Assembly: GCA_963758525.1 (NCBI GenBank)
Contig: CAVWVQ010000003.1
Location: 2,816,001 to 2,880,000, forward strand
Direction of reading: 5' to 3'
DNA from: an uncultured Phycisphaerales bacterium
GTDB lineage: Bacteria; Planctomycetota; Phycisphaerae; Tepidisphaerales; Tepidisphaeraceae
Length of the DNA stretch: 64,000 nt
The position numbers and the translations under genes are program-made. Position 1 is the first letter of the stretch. Each line of letters begins with the position of its first letter. This document shows, one piece after another, positions 47,308 to 56,672 of the stretch. The notes beneath the pieces were generated by a model. It worked only from the letters and a program-made list of their open reading frames with translations. It was not told the origin of the DNA and searched no databases.

Positions 47308-49110
47308 ATGACAACGATGACTGAACCTGTCAAAGCTTCGCCCCCCGCAACGGGGAAACTGGTCGAGATGTCGTGGGATCCGATCACCCGGATCGTCGGA
47401 AGCCTCGGCATCTATACGAAGATCGACTTTGACAAGAAAACCGTCGCCGAGTGCTACAGCACCTCGTCGATCTTCCGCGGCTACAGCATTTTCATGAAAG
47501 GGAAAGATCCCCGCGATGCCCACTTCATCACCAGCAGAATTTGCGGCATTTGCGGCGACAACCACGCCGTCTGCGCCAACTACGCGCAGAATATGGCGTT
47601 CGGCGTGAAGCCCCCCGCGATTGCCGAGTGGATCGTCAATCTCGGGGAAGCCGCCGAGTACATGTTCGACCACAACATCTTCCAGGACAATCTTGTCGGA
47701 GTCGACTTCTGCGAGCAGATGGTCAAGGAGACCAACCCTTCCGTCTTCGCCCGGGCGGAGCAGACCCTTGCCGCCGGGTCCAACCTCCATGGTTTCCGCA
47801 CCATCGCGGACATCATGCGGGCGCTGAACCCCTTCACCGGCGTGTTCTATCGCGAGGCGCTGGCGATGAGCCGGATGACGCGCGAGATGTTCTGCCTGAT
47901 GGAAGGACGTCACGTCCATCCCTCGACGCTCTATCCCGGCGGCGTGGGAACCGTGCCGACGATCCAGCTCTTCACCGACTACCTCGTACGGCTCATGAAG
48001 TACGTGGAGTTCATGAAGAAAGTCGTTCCGCTGCACGACGACCTGTTCGACTTCTTCTACGAGGCGCTGCCCGGCTACGAAGAAGTCGGCCGGCGCCGCA
48101 TTCTGCTCGGTTGCTGGGGATCGTTCCAGGATCCCAATTACTGCGACTACAAGTATGAGAACATGACCGCGTGGGGCCGTAAGATGTTTGTCACGCCCGG
48201 CGTGGTCGTGGACGGCAAGCTGGTGACCACTGATCTGGTCGACATCAATCTGAACATCCGCATTCTCCTGGGAAGCAGCTACTACGAAAGCTGGGAAGAG
48301 CAGGAGATGTTCGTGACCAAGGACCCGCTGGGCAATCCGGTGGATCGCAATCATCCCTGGAATCAGACCACCATCCCCAAGCCCCAAAAGCGCAATTTCA
48401 AGGGCAACTACACCTGGGTCATGTCTCCGCGCTGGCTGGACAAGCGCACCGGCGATCACCTCGCGCTCGACACCGGCGGCGGGCCGATCGCCCGCCTCTG
48501 GTCCACGGCGCTGGCCGGTCTGGTCGATTTCGGCTACGTCAAGTCCACCGGGCAGAGCGTCAAGATGTATCTGCCAAAGACGACGATGCTGCCGGAAGTT
48601 GAATTCGAGTGGAAGATACCCAAGTGGAGCAACGCGATCGAGCGCGATCGCGCTCGCACGTACTTCCAGGTCTATGCCGCCTGCTCGGCGCTCTATTTTG
48701 TCGAGCAGGCGCTCAAGGAGCTGCACGCCGGCCGAACCAAGACGTGGACTGAGTTCAAGGTGCCCGATGAAGCGATCGGCTGCGGTTTCCACGAGGCGGT
48801 CCGCGGCGTCCTCTCGCATCACGTGGTGATCCGTGAGGGCAAGATCGCCAATTATCATCCGTATCCCCCGACCCCGTGGAACGCCAACCCGCGCGACATT
48901 TACGGCACGCCCGGGCCTTACGAAGACGCTGTGCAGAACACGCCGATCTTCGAGGAAAACGGTCCGGACAAGTTCAAAGGGATCGACATCATGCGGGCCG
49001 TTCGCAGCTTCGATCCGTGTCTTCCCTGCGGCGTCCATATGTACGTCGGCAAGGGAAAGACGCTGGAAGTGCGGCACGCGCCCATGTTCGGCATGCAGCA
49101 GCATGGGTGA
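47308..49110 (+). CDS. hhyL: Group 1h [NiFe]-hydrogenase large subunit
   Basis: L1 TSRICGICGDNH, L2 SFDPCLPCGVH, followed by a C-terminal extension. Confidence 0.94.
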   Translation: MTTMTEPVKASPPATGKLVEMSWDPITRIVGSLGIYTKIDFDKKTVAECYSTSSIFRGYSIFMKGKDPRDAHFITSRICGICGDNHAVCANYAQNMAFGVKPPAIAEWIVNLGEAAEYMFDHNIFQDNLVGVDFCEQMVKETNPSVFARAEQTLAAGSNLHGFRTIADIMRALNPFTGVFYREALAMSRMTREMFCLMEGRHVHPSTLYPGGVGTVPTIQLFTDYLVRLMKYVEFMKKVVPLHDDLFDFFYEALPGYEEVGRRRILLGCWGSFQDPNYCDYKYENMTAWGRKMFVTPGVVVDGKLVTTDLVDINLNIRILLGSSYYESWEEQEMFVTKDPLGNPVDRNHPWNQTTIPKPQKRNFKGNYTWVMSPRWLDKRTGDHLALDTGGGPIARLWSTALAGLVDFGYVKSTGQSVKMYLPKTTMLPEVEFEWKIPKWSNAIERDRARTYFQVYAACSALYFVEQALKELHAGRTKTWTEFKVPDEAIGCGFHEAVRGVLSHHVVIREGKIANYHPYPPTPWNANPRDIYGTPGPYEDAVQNTPIFEENGPDKFKGIDIMRAVRSFDPCLPCGVHMYVGKGKTLEVRHAPMFGMQQHG

Positions 49111-49142
49111 CGTGCCATGCATTGGGATCAGGCGTATCTGCA

Positions 49143-49260
49143 TTCCCCTCTCCCGGTACGCCGGGAGAGGGTCGGGGTGAGGGTGATTTCGAAGTCGAGT
49201 GCACGTGGTGCTCGAAGTCACCCTCATCCTAACCTTCGCCCGGGGTACCGGGAGAAGGGA
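49143..49260. repeat. ~120-bp composite palindrome (CCCCTCTCCC..GGGAGAGGG..GGGGTGAGGG family)
   Basis: Intergenic copy, homologous to in-gene copies at ~41130, ~41475, ~50565 and 51579..51698. Confidence 0.85.
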
Positions 49261-49335
49261 CCAGAAGCGGTCGCCGCCGGATGCGATTCCTTGCGACCCG
49301 CTGTGCGACGAGTCGTCATTACGCCAAGGTGAATT

Positions 49336-49914
49336 GTGCCCGATGAATCAGAAGGCGAGCTGCGCGGAAGAATGCAGAGGTTGGAGTCCCTTCTCACGGA
49401 AGTCGATGATGGCGCTGACCCCGCCACCAAAGCGAAGGTCCGCGAGATCGTTCAATCGCTGATGGACTATCACGGGGCGGCGATCGAGAAAATGGTGAGC
49501 GCGATGGCCAATGACGGGAATGGCGGCCGCGCCATGCTCGACAAGCTCGCCAACGACGAGTTGGTGGGCAGCGCGCTGTTGCTCTACGGGCTCCACCCGC
49601 TCGATATCGAGACGCGGGTGCAGACCGCCCTGGAAAAATCGCGGCCCTATCTGCGTTCGCACGGCGGCAACGTCGAGCTGCTGTCGATTGAGGACGGGAT
49701 CGTCAGGCTGCGGATGGAGGGAAGCTGCAAGGGCTGCCCTTCGTCGGCCATGACCATGAAATCAACGATCGAGAAGGCCATTTACGACGCGGCGCCGGAT
49801 GTATCCGCCATTGAGGTCGAAGGTGCGGTCGCAGCCGCGACTTCCAGCGACGAGAAAGCATTTGCACAACCCCCCGACCGGTCGCGTTTTGCTTTACCGG
49901 TTTTCAAAGGATGA
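49336..49914 (+). CDS. NifU/Nfu-domain hydrogenase accessory protein
   Basis: RPYLRSHGGNVEL, GSCKGCPSS. Confidence 0.88.
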   Translation: MPDESEGELRGRMQRLESLLTEVDDGADPATKAKVREIVQSLMDYHGAAIEKMVSAMANDGNGGRAMLDKLANDELVGSALLLYGLHPLDIETRVQTALEKSRPYLRSHGGNVELLSIEDGIVRLRMEGSCKGCPSSAMTMKSTIEKAIYDAAPDVSAIEVEGAVAAATSSDEKAFAQPPDRSRFALPVFKG

Positions 49915-50642
49915 GCGAATCCCCAAATATGGTGGCACTGCCCCAACAGCCCGGCCAAAAGCCGTTCGACGTGTTGCGACGATTTGCGCGGCGGCGCAAC
50001 GCCGAAGAACGATGCGAATTGTGCGGGGCGGACATCGCCCGCGAGCACGAGCATCTGGTCGAAGTGGCCAATCGCAAGCTGCTCTGTGCGTGCGGCGCGT
50101 GCGCCATTCTCTTCAGCGGCCAGCAGAGCCCGCGATATCGCCGAGTCCCGCGAACGGTGCGATGGCTCCAACGTTTTGAGATGACCGACGCGCAATGGGA
50201 AAGCCTCAGCGTGCCGATCAACCTGGCCTTTTTCTTTCAGAGCACCCCGGCGGCGCGCGTCTGCGCGTTCTATCCGAGCCCGGCAGGGCCGACCGAATCT
50301 CTGCTGCCGCTCGAATCGTGGCACGAACTGGTCGCGATCAATCCCGTGCTGAAAACGATGGAGCCGGATGTCGAGGCGCTATTGGTCAACCGCGTGGGGG
50401 ACGATCACAACTACTACCTGGTTCCAATCGACAAATGTTATGAGCTTGTCGGGCTGATTCGATTAAAGTGGGCGGGGCTGTCAGGAGGCACTGAAGTCTG
50501 GCGCGAGATCACGCGGTTTTTCGCGGAGCTGCGCGAGATCCAATCCGAACCCAAGCCCGCCCGCGGCCCAACCCTCCCCCGGAGCACCGGGCGAGGAAGA
50601 ACGAAACCTTCCTGCAGTGTCGCGCCCCAATGGCTGATCTGA
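49911..50642 (+). CDS. Hydrogenase-cluster conserved protein (DUF5947-like)
   Basis: ERCELC, CACGAC, FYPSPAGPTES, PIDKCYELVG. Confidence 0.78.
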   Translation: MSESPNMVALPQQPGQKPFDVLRRFARRRNAEERCELCGADIAREHEHLVEVANRKLLCACGACAILFSGQQSPRYRRVPRTVRWLQRFEMTDAQWESLSVPINLAFFFQSTPAARVCAFYPSPAGPTESLLPLESWHELVAINPVLKTMEPDVEALLVNRVGDDHNYYLVPIDKCYELVGLIRLKWAGLSGGTEVWREITRFFAELREIQSEPKPARGPTLPRSTGRGRTKPSCSVAPQWLI

Positions 50643-51280
50643 ATTTCCACGTCGAGTTTGCCGAAGCGATGCCCTTCGCTGCCGCCCCGCAGTTGATCTT
50701 CAAACTCCGGGTGACCGACGCGGAGAATACGGCTCCGATTCACGCCATCGCATTGCGCTGTCAGATTCGCATCGAGCCCGCCAAACGCCGCTACTCTCCT
50801 GGCGAGCAGGGCATGCTTCCTGACTTGTTCGGCCCGCCGAGCCGCTGGGGTCAGACGCTGCGGCCGATGCTCTGGACCCACGCCGCCGTGGTCGTCCCGC
50901 CCTTTTCCGGCAGCACGCTGGTGGATCTTCCCGTGCCCTGCAGTTACGACCTGACCCTTGGCGCTACCAAGTATTTCTACGCGCTGGAGGAGGGGGAAGT
51001 GCCGTTGGTTCTGCTCTTCAGCGGAACGATTTTCTACGGAACGCAGGACGGCGGCATGCAGGTGGGACAGATTTCCTGGGAGAAAGAGGCCGCGTACCGC
51101 CTGCCGATCGATGTCTGGACAAAGATGATGGACCTCTATTATCCCAACGTCGCCTGGCTCTGCCTGCGGAAAGACGTGTTTAACCGGCTGTCACAATACA
51201 AGTCGCAACGCGCGATCCCGACATGGGAGCAGGCCGTGGAAGAATTGCTCTGCCAGGCAGACGAAGGGGTGGTGCCATGA
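50630..51280 (+). CDS. Hydrogenase-cluster conserved protein (DUF6084-like)
   Basis: LRCQIRIEP, PCSYD, KYFYAL, LLFSGTIFY. Confidence 0.78.
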   Translation: MADLNFHVEFAEAMPFAAAPQLIFKLRVTDAENTAPIHAIALRCQIRIEPAKRRYSPGEQGMLPDLFGPPSRWGQTLRPMLWTHAAVVVPPFSGSTLVDLPVPCSYDLTLGATKYFYALEEGEVPLVLLFSGTIFYGTQDGGMQVGQISWEKEAAYRLPIDVWTKMMDLYYPNVAWLCLRKDVFNRLSQYKSQRAIPTWEQAVEELLCQADEGVVP

Positions 51281-52485
51281 ATCGAGAGTTGCTTGAGAAG
51301 ATCGTCAATGCCGTCTTGTATGAAGGGTACATTCTCTACCCGTATCGTCCGTCGGTGAAAAATCACCAGCGATGGACTTTCGGTGGCCTCTATCCGGAAA
51401 GCTGCGATCTGGTCCGGCAGGGAGCCGAGTCGTGCGTGATGCAGACGCAATGTCTGGTCGAGGGTCCCGCGGCAACCTTGCTGCGGGCGAGCGTGCGTTT
51501 TTTGCACCTGACGACGCGAGTGGTCGGCGAACTGCCAGAGCCGGTGGACGAATTGCCCGCCAGCGGAGTTTCCGCCCTTTCCCCCTCTCCTGGTACTCCG
51601 GGAGAGGGCTGGGGTGAGGGTGATTTCGAACGTCGAAAGGCTTTCGACGCGGAGAATCACCCTCAAGATGCCCCTCTCCCGCAGTACCAGGAGAGGGAAC
51701 GGCAAAGCATGCACCTGGGCTACCGCCCGGTCGATTCTCTTCGCGTGGGCGGCAAGATCTATCAGACATGGCAGGAGGCAAGCGAGCGCGAAGTTGCAGT
51801 CGAATCCTTCACGCTCGGCCGGCTGACGCAGAGCACCATGACTCATCCCTTTGCGTTTTCCCCCAGCGAGGAAATCGAACCGTTGCGCAGGGAGGACGGG
51901 AGAATTGTTGCCGTGCTGGTGCGCCGCCAGGAAGCGCTCGGCGGAGTTGCTGAGTTGTCGGCCGCGAAGAAGGCGGATGATCTCTTCCAGATTAGTGTGC
52001 GCGTGATCAATCTATCGCCGATGCCGGGTCCGCAGAGCATGCCGCGCGACGCCGCCCAGTTGTATTCGCTGGCCTCCACGCACACGATCCTGAGCGTCGA
52101 AGGCGGCGCGTTTGCCTCGTCAATCGATCCGCCTCCCGGTTGTCTGCCTTTTGCCGGCGAGCTGCGCAACATCGGCTCCTGGCCGGTGCTCGTCGGCGTC
52201 GAGCCGGATCGCGATACCGTGCTTGCGTCCCCGATTATCCTCTATGACTATCCGCAGATTGCGCCGGAGAGTCCGGGCAATCTGTACGATTCCACCGAGA
52301 TCGACGAAATCCTGAGCTTGCGGATCATGACGCTTACCGACGATGAAAAACTCGCCGTTGCCGGGTCGGATGAGGGCGCGGCACGGATTCTCCAGCGCAC
52401 CGATGCGCTGGGACAGGACCAGATGGCGTCGCTCCACGGAACCTTGCGTGGGCTTCGGACAGTTGCCGGCGGAGACAAATCATGA
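51277..52485 (+). CDS. Hydrogenase-cluster conserved hypothetical protein with an in-frame palindromic insertion
   Basis: AVLYEGYILYPYR, SPIILYDYPQIAPES, DSTEIDEILSLR. Confidence 0.8.
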   Translation: MNRELLEKIVNAVLYEGYILYPYRPSVKNHQRWTFGGLYPESCDLVRQGAESCVMQTQCLVEGPAATLLRASVRFLHLTTRVVGELPEPVDELPASGVSALSPSPGTPGEGWGEGDFERRKAFDAENHPQDAPLPQYQERERQSMHLGYRPVDSLRVGGKIYQTWQEASEREVAVESFTLGRLTQSTMTHPFAFSPSEEIEPLRREDGRIVAVLVRRQEALGGVAELSAAKKADDLFQISVRVINLSPMPGPQSMPRDAAQLYSLASTHTILSVEGGAFASSIDPPPGCLPFAGELRNIGSWPVLVGVEPDRDTVLASPIILYDYPQIAPESPGNLYDSTEIDEILSLRIMTLTDDEKLAVAGSDEGAARILQRTDALGQDQMASLHGTLRGLRTVAGGDKS

Positions 52486-52807
52486 ACGACTGGGATCCGA
52501 TGGCCGAAAAACGTGAGCTTGAGAGCGCGCTCTCGGCCGGCATCGAATTGAAGCGCGGCGACCGCGTTGTCCTGCGCCGCGCGGCAACGCGGATATCTTC
52601 GATCTGGCCCTGGCCGGGAAGATCGCCACAATCGCTTCCATCGAACAGGATTTCGAGAACAAGATTCATCTTGCGGTTACAATCGACGATGATCCGGGCC
52701 GGGATTTTGGACACACCGGGCAGCCGGGGCATCGTTTCTTTTTTGGGGTGGATGAAGTCGAGCTGGCGCCGGATCGGCGCGACGCATCTTCTGAACAGGT
52801 GTCCTAA
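52482..52807 (+). CDS. Hydrogenase-cluster hypothetical protein (frameshift near 52580)
   Basis: GDRVVLR joins ADIFDLALAGKIATI..DDDPGRD..HRFFF..EVE in the adjacent frame; TAA ends at 52807. Confidence 0.7.
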
Positions 52808-52841
52808 TGGCCGCAATTTAGGCCGCTGAAGGAGTCTTATC

Positions 52842-53075
52842 ATGAATGAAAACCTTGATCCGCAGGCTGCAGAGGCGAGAGATGTGCTGTGCGTCGCGGG
52901 GGGAATGGCATTGCTGCTGATGGGCGTTGGGCTGGTGATGACACACCCGCAGGTCCGAAAAACGGTGCTCGATGGCGTGTCGCGATTTGTCCCCGATCTG
53001 GCCGGATCGCTCAAGAACGGCCTCGCGGGAATCCTGCCCGACGTGGAGCGTTATCTTAAAGTGCGCTCGATGTAA
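52842..53075 (+). CDS. Small membrane protein ending PDVERYLKVRSM
   Basis: AAGGAG RBS, one TM helix, tail shared with 54200..54358. Confidence 0.8.
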   Translation: MNENLDPQAAEARDVLCVAGGMALLLMGVGLVMTHPQVRKTVLDGVSRFVPDLAGSLKNGLAGILPDVERYLKVRSM

Positions 53076-53104
53076 TCCCCGGTTCCGCGAAAGGAAGCGA
53101 CCAG

Positions 53105-53667
53105 GTGACTCGATACGCTTTTGACTCCTCTCGCAGCCGTTTTACTGTTCAGGCATTTGCCAGCGGGATGCTCTGGGCGTTCGCCCACAATCCGACGATT
53201 GCAATCAAGGACTTCACCGGCAATCTCAATTTTTCCCCTGCGCCGGGGACAAGCCAGCGCTCGACCTGGTGGTCAATGCCCATTCGCTCGAGTCGGTCGA
53301 TCCGATTCGATTGAAGGACAAGCAGGAGATTCAGGACACCATGATGGAGATGCTCGATGTGGCCACCTATCCGATGGTGCGCTACAAGGCCACCGATGCC
53401 ACCGTCACCCAGCTCTCCGACAGTTGGTTCCGCGTGCAGTTCAAGGGGCATTTGTCGCTGCGCGGCGTCACCAAGGCCGAGGAGGTGGACGCACAGCTCA
53501 CCCTGCTTGAAGGTGAGGTCCGTCTCAGCGGTTCGTTTCAGATACTCCAATCGCATTATAAAATTCATCGTCCGTCCGCGGCCGCCGGGCTGCTGATCAC
53601 CAAGGACGAGCTGAAGTTTACATTCGACGTCCATGGAACCATCGCTCCCGAGGGAGGCGCCGCGTGA
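53105..53667 (+). CDS. YceI-family lipid/polyisoprenoid-binding protein (frameshift near 53255)
   Basis: DSSRSRFTV, LDVATYP..RY, GHLSLRGVTK, DELKFTFDV. No signal peptide. Confidence 0.8.
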
Positions 53668-54215
53668 GCGCGCCGCGGATCCTCATCGCCTGCATCGGGA
53701 ATATCTTTTTGGGAGACGATGCATTCGGCGTCGAGGTGGCCCGTCTGCTGGCGCAGGTTCCCTGGCCCGACAGCATCCACGTCGAGGACTTTGGCATTCG
53801 CGGCGTCGATTTGGCCTACGCGTTGCTTAATAATTACGATGTTGCAATTTTCGTGGACGCAAGCCAGCAGGGCCACGCGCCGGGAACGCTTTTTGTTCTT
53901 GAGCCGGATCTGGCTCCAGTTCTTGCAGACGCCGCCGCGATGGAGACGTCCATTGATGCACATAGCATGGACCCGGCCAAGGTGCTTCGGACCGCGGCGT
54001 CCATGGGCGGAAAGATCCCGCGGGTTTTTGTGGTGGGCTGCGAACCTTCCCCGCTGCCGGGCGACGACGAGGTCGCGTTGGAACTGAGCCCCCCAGTGAG
54101 AGCGGCAGTGCCGCTCGCGGTCCCGATGATCCGCGATCTGGTCCATCGGATCCTCTCCAAAAGCCTGCTTTCGAACGAGGCACAACAGGAGATATCGTCA
54201 TGCTCACCGATATGA
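53664..54215 (+). CDS. Hydrogenase maturation endopeptidase (HupD/HybD family)
   Basis: GNIFLGDDAFGVEV, VDA, DAHSMDP, VGCEP. Confidence 0.92.
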   Translation: MSAPRILIACIGNIFLGDDAFGVEVARLLAQVPWPDSIHVEDFGIRGVDLAYALLNNYDVAIFVDASQQGHAPGTLFVLEPDLAPVLADAAAMETSIDAHSMDPAKVLRTAASMGGKIPRVFVVGCEPSPLPGDDEVALELSPPVRAAVPLAVPMIRDLVHRILSKSLLSNEAQQEISSCSPI

Positions 54216-54358
54216 AAGTGCTCGCAAACGCGAGCGATGTCATGTCCCGCCTCAATGGCTGGGAAATCAGTGGAATCATTGCGGCCGTGCTCGTTGCGGG
54301 CGTGGCCATCTGGATGCTGCCGGAGCTCATTCGCTACATGAAGATCCGCCATATGTGA
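54200..54358 (+). CDS. 52-aa membrane peptide ending PELIRYMKIRHM (below the ORF-track cutoff)
   Basis: AGGAG RBS at ~54187; hand translation shows one TM and a tail matching 52842..53075. Confidence 0.75.
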   Translation: MLTDMKVLANASDVMSRLNGWEISGIIAAVLVAGVAIWMLPELIRYMKIRHM

Positions 54359-54370
54359 CCGCGGGGACGC

Positions 54371-54718
54371 ATGCATGAATTATCGATCGCGATGTCGATC
54401 GTCGAGACTGCGATCGAACAGGCCGAGAGTCTCGGCGGCGCCAAGGTGCTGGCAGTCCATCTCAAACTTGGGCCCCTTTGCGGCGTCGTCAAGGAAGCGT
54501 TGCTCGGGTCATACGAACTGGCTGCTGAAAACACCGAGCTGGCCGGTTCGAGATTGGTCATTGTGGAGACGGAGTTGCGGGCATATTGTCCAAATTGCGC
54601 GGTGGAACGCGCCGTCGTGTCCACGACGGACATATCCTGCGTTGAATGCGGCACGCCCACCCCTGAAATTACCAGCGGCAGAGAACTCGAAGTCACTGCA
54701 ATGGAGATTCGCGAATGA
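54371..54718 (+). CDS. hypA: Nickel metallochaperone HypA
   Basis: MHELSIA, CPNC, CVECG, GREL. Confidence 0.95.
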   Translation: MHELSIAMSIVETAIEQAESLGGAKVLAVHLKLGPLCGVVKEALLGSYELAAENTELAGSRLVIVETELRAYCPNCAVERAVVSTTDISCVECGTPTPEITSGRELEVTAMEIRE

Positions 54719-55407
54719 GTCAGCAAACCCGCCTCGTTGAGGTGCGCCAGCAGGTCCTCAAGCAGAACGATGTCGTCGCCCGCGCACTCCGCGATCGCTT
54801 TCGCAGCGCCGGCGTGTTCGTCGTCAGTCTTGTCTCGAGTCCCGGCTCGGGAAAAACGGCGTTTCTCGAAAAAACACTGACCATGCTTCGCGAGGAATTT
54901 CGCGTCGCGGCCCTTGTGGGTGATCTTGCCACCGACAACGACGCGCGCCGATTGGCCCGCAGCGAAACGCCGGTAAAGCAGATCACCACCGGCACACTGT
55001 GTCATCTCGAAGCCGAGATGGTGCGCGCCGCCCTGAATGGCTGGAACGAAAGCGAGCTGGATTTTCTGTTTATCGAAAACGTCGGCAATCTCGTCTGTCC
55101 CGCGACCTTCGATCTGGGGGAGGACATGCGGCTGGTGCTCTTCTCGACCACCGAGGGCGAGGATAAGCCGCTGAAATACCCGACGATCTTCAACAGCGCC
55201 GACGTGGCGATCATCACCAAGATCGACCTTGCCGACGCTGTCGAATTCGATCGCGGCGCGGCCCATCGAAACATCCAGTCGGTCCGGCCAGGGATGGAGA
55301 TCATGGAAGTGTCGTCCAAGTCCGGCCAGGGCATGGAGGAATTCCTCCGCTTCCTGCGCACGCGCCGCCGCGAGGCACGCGGTGAGGCGGTTGCCGCCGC
55401 GCGATGA
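54715..55407 (+). CDS. hypB: Nickel-insertion GTPase HypB
   Basis: SSPGSGKT, CHL, ENVGNLVCP, DKPLKYP, TKID. Confidence 0.95.
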   Translation: MSQQTRLVEVRQQVLKQNDVVARALRDRFRSAGVFVVSLVSSPGSGKTAFLEKTLTMLREEFRVAALVGDLATDNDARRLARSETPVKQITTGTLCHLEAEMVRAALNGWNESELDFLFIENVGNLVCPATFDLGEDMRLVLFSTTEGEDKPLKYPTIFNSADVAIITKIDLADAVEFDRGAAHRNIQSVRPGMEIMEVSSKSGQGMEEFLRFLRTRRREARGEAVAAAR

Positions 55408-55520
55408 TTTCAGGGAGATCAACCGATGGATCTCGGCTGATTGTCGCGCGCGGCCTTGGTATATTCCCGCCATGTGATCCGCCATTGTGCCGGGAACTGC
55501 GGATCGCGTGAGGTAACGCT

Positions 55521-56273
55521 ATGCCGATCCACGACTGGACAAAAGTAAACTCCGGGACGTTTCACCATTTTCATCAAAGCTGGATTCAGGAGATCGCACG
55601 GCTATTGAACTCGGGTCAGCTTCCTCAAGGTTTCTACGCGATGGCCGAGCAGGTTGCCGGCGGTTGGGGACCGGATGTGGTGACCTTGGAGACACCTGAT
55701 CATGAGGAAGAACGCGATGCCATGGACGACGGCCCTTCGTCGAGCATCGGGGCAACAGCAGTTGCAGAACGACCGCCGGTGGTCGCGTTCCATGCCAGCG
55801 CCGAGGTTGACATCTACGCCCGAAGGGCAAGCAAGCTTGCGATTCGCCATTCATCGAACGACCGTGTGGTCGCGGTGATTGAAATTGTTTTACCGGGAAA
55901 CAAGTCCTCGGGCCATGCGCTAAGTAAATTCACGGAGAAGGCAGCAGATCTGCTCGATGCCGGCGTCCATCTGCTGATTGTCGACCTGTTTCCGCCGGGG
56001 AGATTTGATCCGGGCGGATTGCATGCGGCGATCTGGCAGGATTCATCGGTGGAACGTCTCCAGTTTGATCCAGACAAACCCCTGACGCTGGCCAGCTATG
56101 TTGGGGGTGAAATGCTGGAGGCATACGTCGAGCCGACCGCGATTGGGCGGACGCTGATCGACATGCCGTTATTTCTGGATCCCAGGAGGTATGTTCCGGT
56201 CCCGCTGGAAATGACGTACCAGTCGGCCTGGGAACTGGTGCCCGCCGTTTGGAGAAAGCGGATCGAGGCGTGA
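55521..56273 (+). CDS. DUF4058-like protein (PD-(D/E)xK-like fold)
   Basis: MPIHDW..FHHFHQSWI, PDV, EIVLPGNK, HLLIVDLFPP. Confidence 0.78.
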   Translation: MPIHDWTKVNSGTFHHFHQSWIQEIARLLNSGQLPQGFYAMAEQVAGGWGPDVVTLETPDHEEERDAMDDGPSSSIGATAVAERPPVVAFHASAEVDIYARRASKLAIRHSSNDRVVAVIEIVLPGNKSSGHALSKFTEKAADLLDAGVHLLIVDLFPPGRFDPGGLHAAIWQDSSVERLQFDPDKPLTLASYVGGEMLEAYVEPTAIGRTLIDMPLFLDPRRYVPVPLEMTYQSAWELVPAVWRKRIEA

Positions 56274-56392
56274 GCAGCAAAGTTGAATTGGTAGCTTCTG
56301 CAACGACGCGTGCAAATCAATGATTGACTGATCTACAAAAACAACCACAGAGAGGGAGGAGGCCACAGAGCCCACAGAGAATGCAAAAGCAA

Positions 56393-56524
56393 GAAAATGC
56401 GAAGGGGGTCGGGCCGGGTGACCCCCTTCGCGTTCCGCGTTCCCAGCCAGGAAGCTGGGGTGACGGCCTGACCCCCTTCGCATTTTCAACCGACGGGAAA
56501 GGCTGATGACTGATGACCCCCTTT
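56393..56524. repeat. REP-like palindromic cluster of the AAGGGGGTC/GACCCCCTT family
   Basis: GAAAATGCGAAGGGGGTC pairs with GACCCCCTTCGCATTTTC. TCAACCGACGGGAAAGGCTGATGAC is the reverse complement of ~60008..60031. Confidence 0.85.
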
Positions 56525-56539
56525 CCTTTCCAGGAAATA

Positions 56540-56672
56540 GTAACTGTTTACCGTGGCAAAATGACCGAGAATCACAGCATGGAAACGGGCCGCGAGACGT
56601 AATGGCGCGCATTGGGCATCTCAAAATCCCAGCAAAGTTGCTATCTGTGCGCTGCTGACGGTAAACAGTTAC
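56540..56672. mobile_element. 133-bp MITE, copy 2 (inverted relative to copy 1)
   Basis: Same 15-bp TIR; 8-bp target duplication AGGAAATA at 56532..56539 and 56673..56680. Confidence 0.92.

Noticed and set aside
47212..49227. 671-aa antisense ORF over hhyL, and similar long shadow ORFs (e.g. 19738..21081, 14259..15530, 56851..58065)
   Set aside because: Expected by-product of high-GC codon bias opposite real genes; no recognisable motifs.
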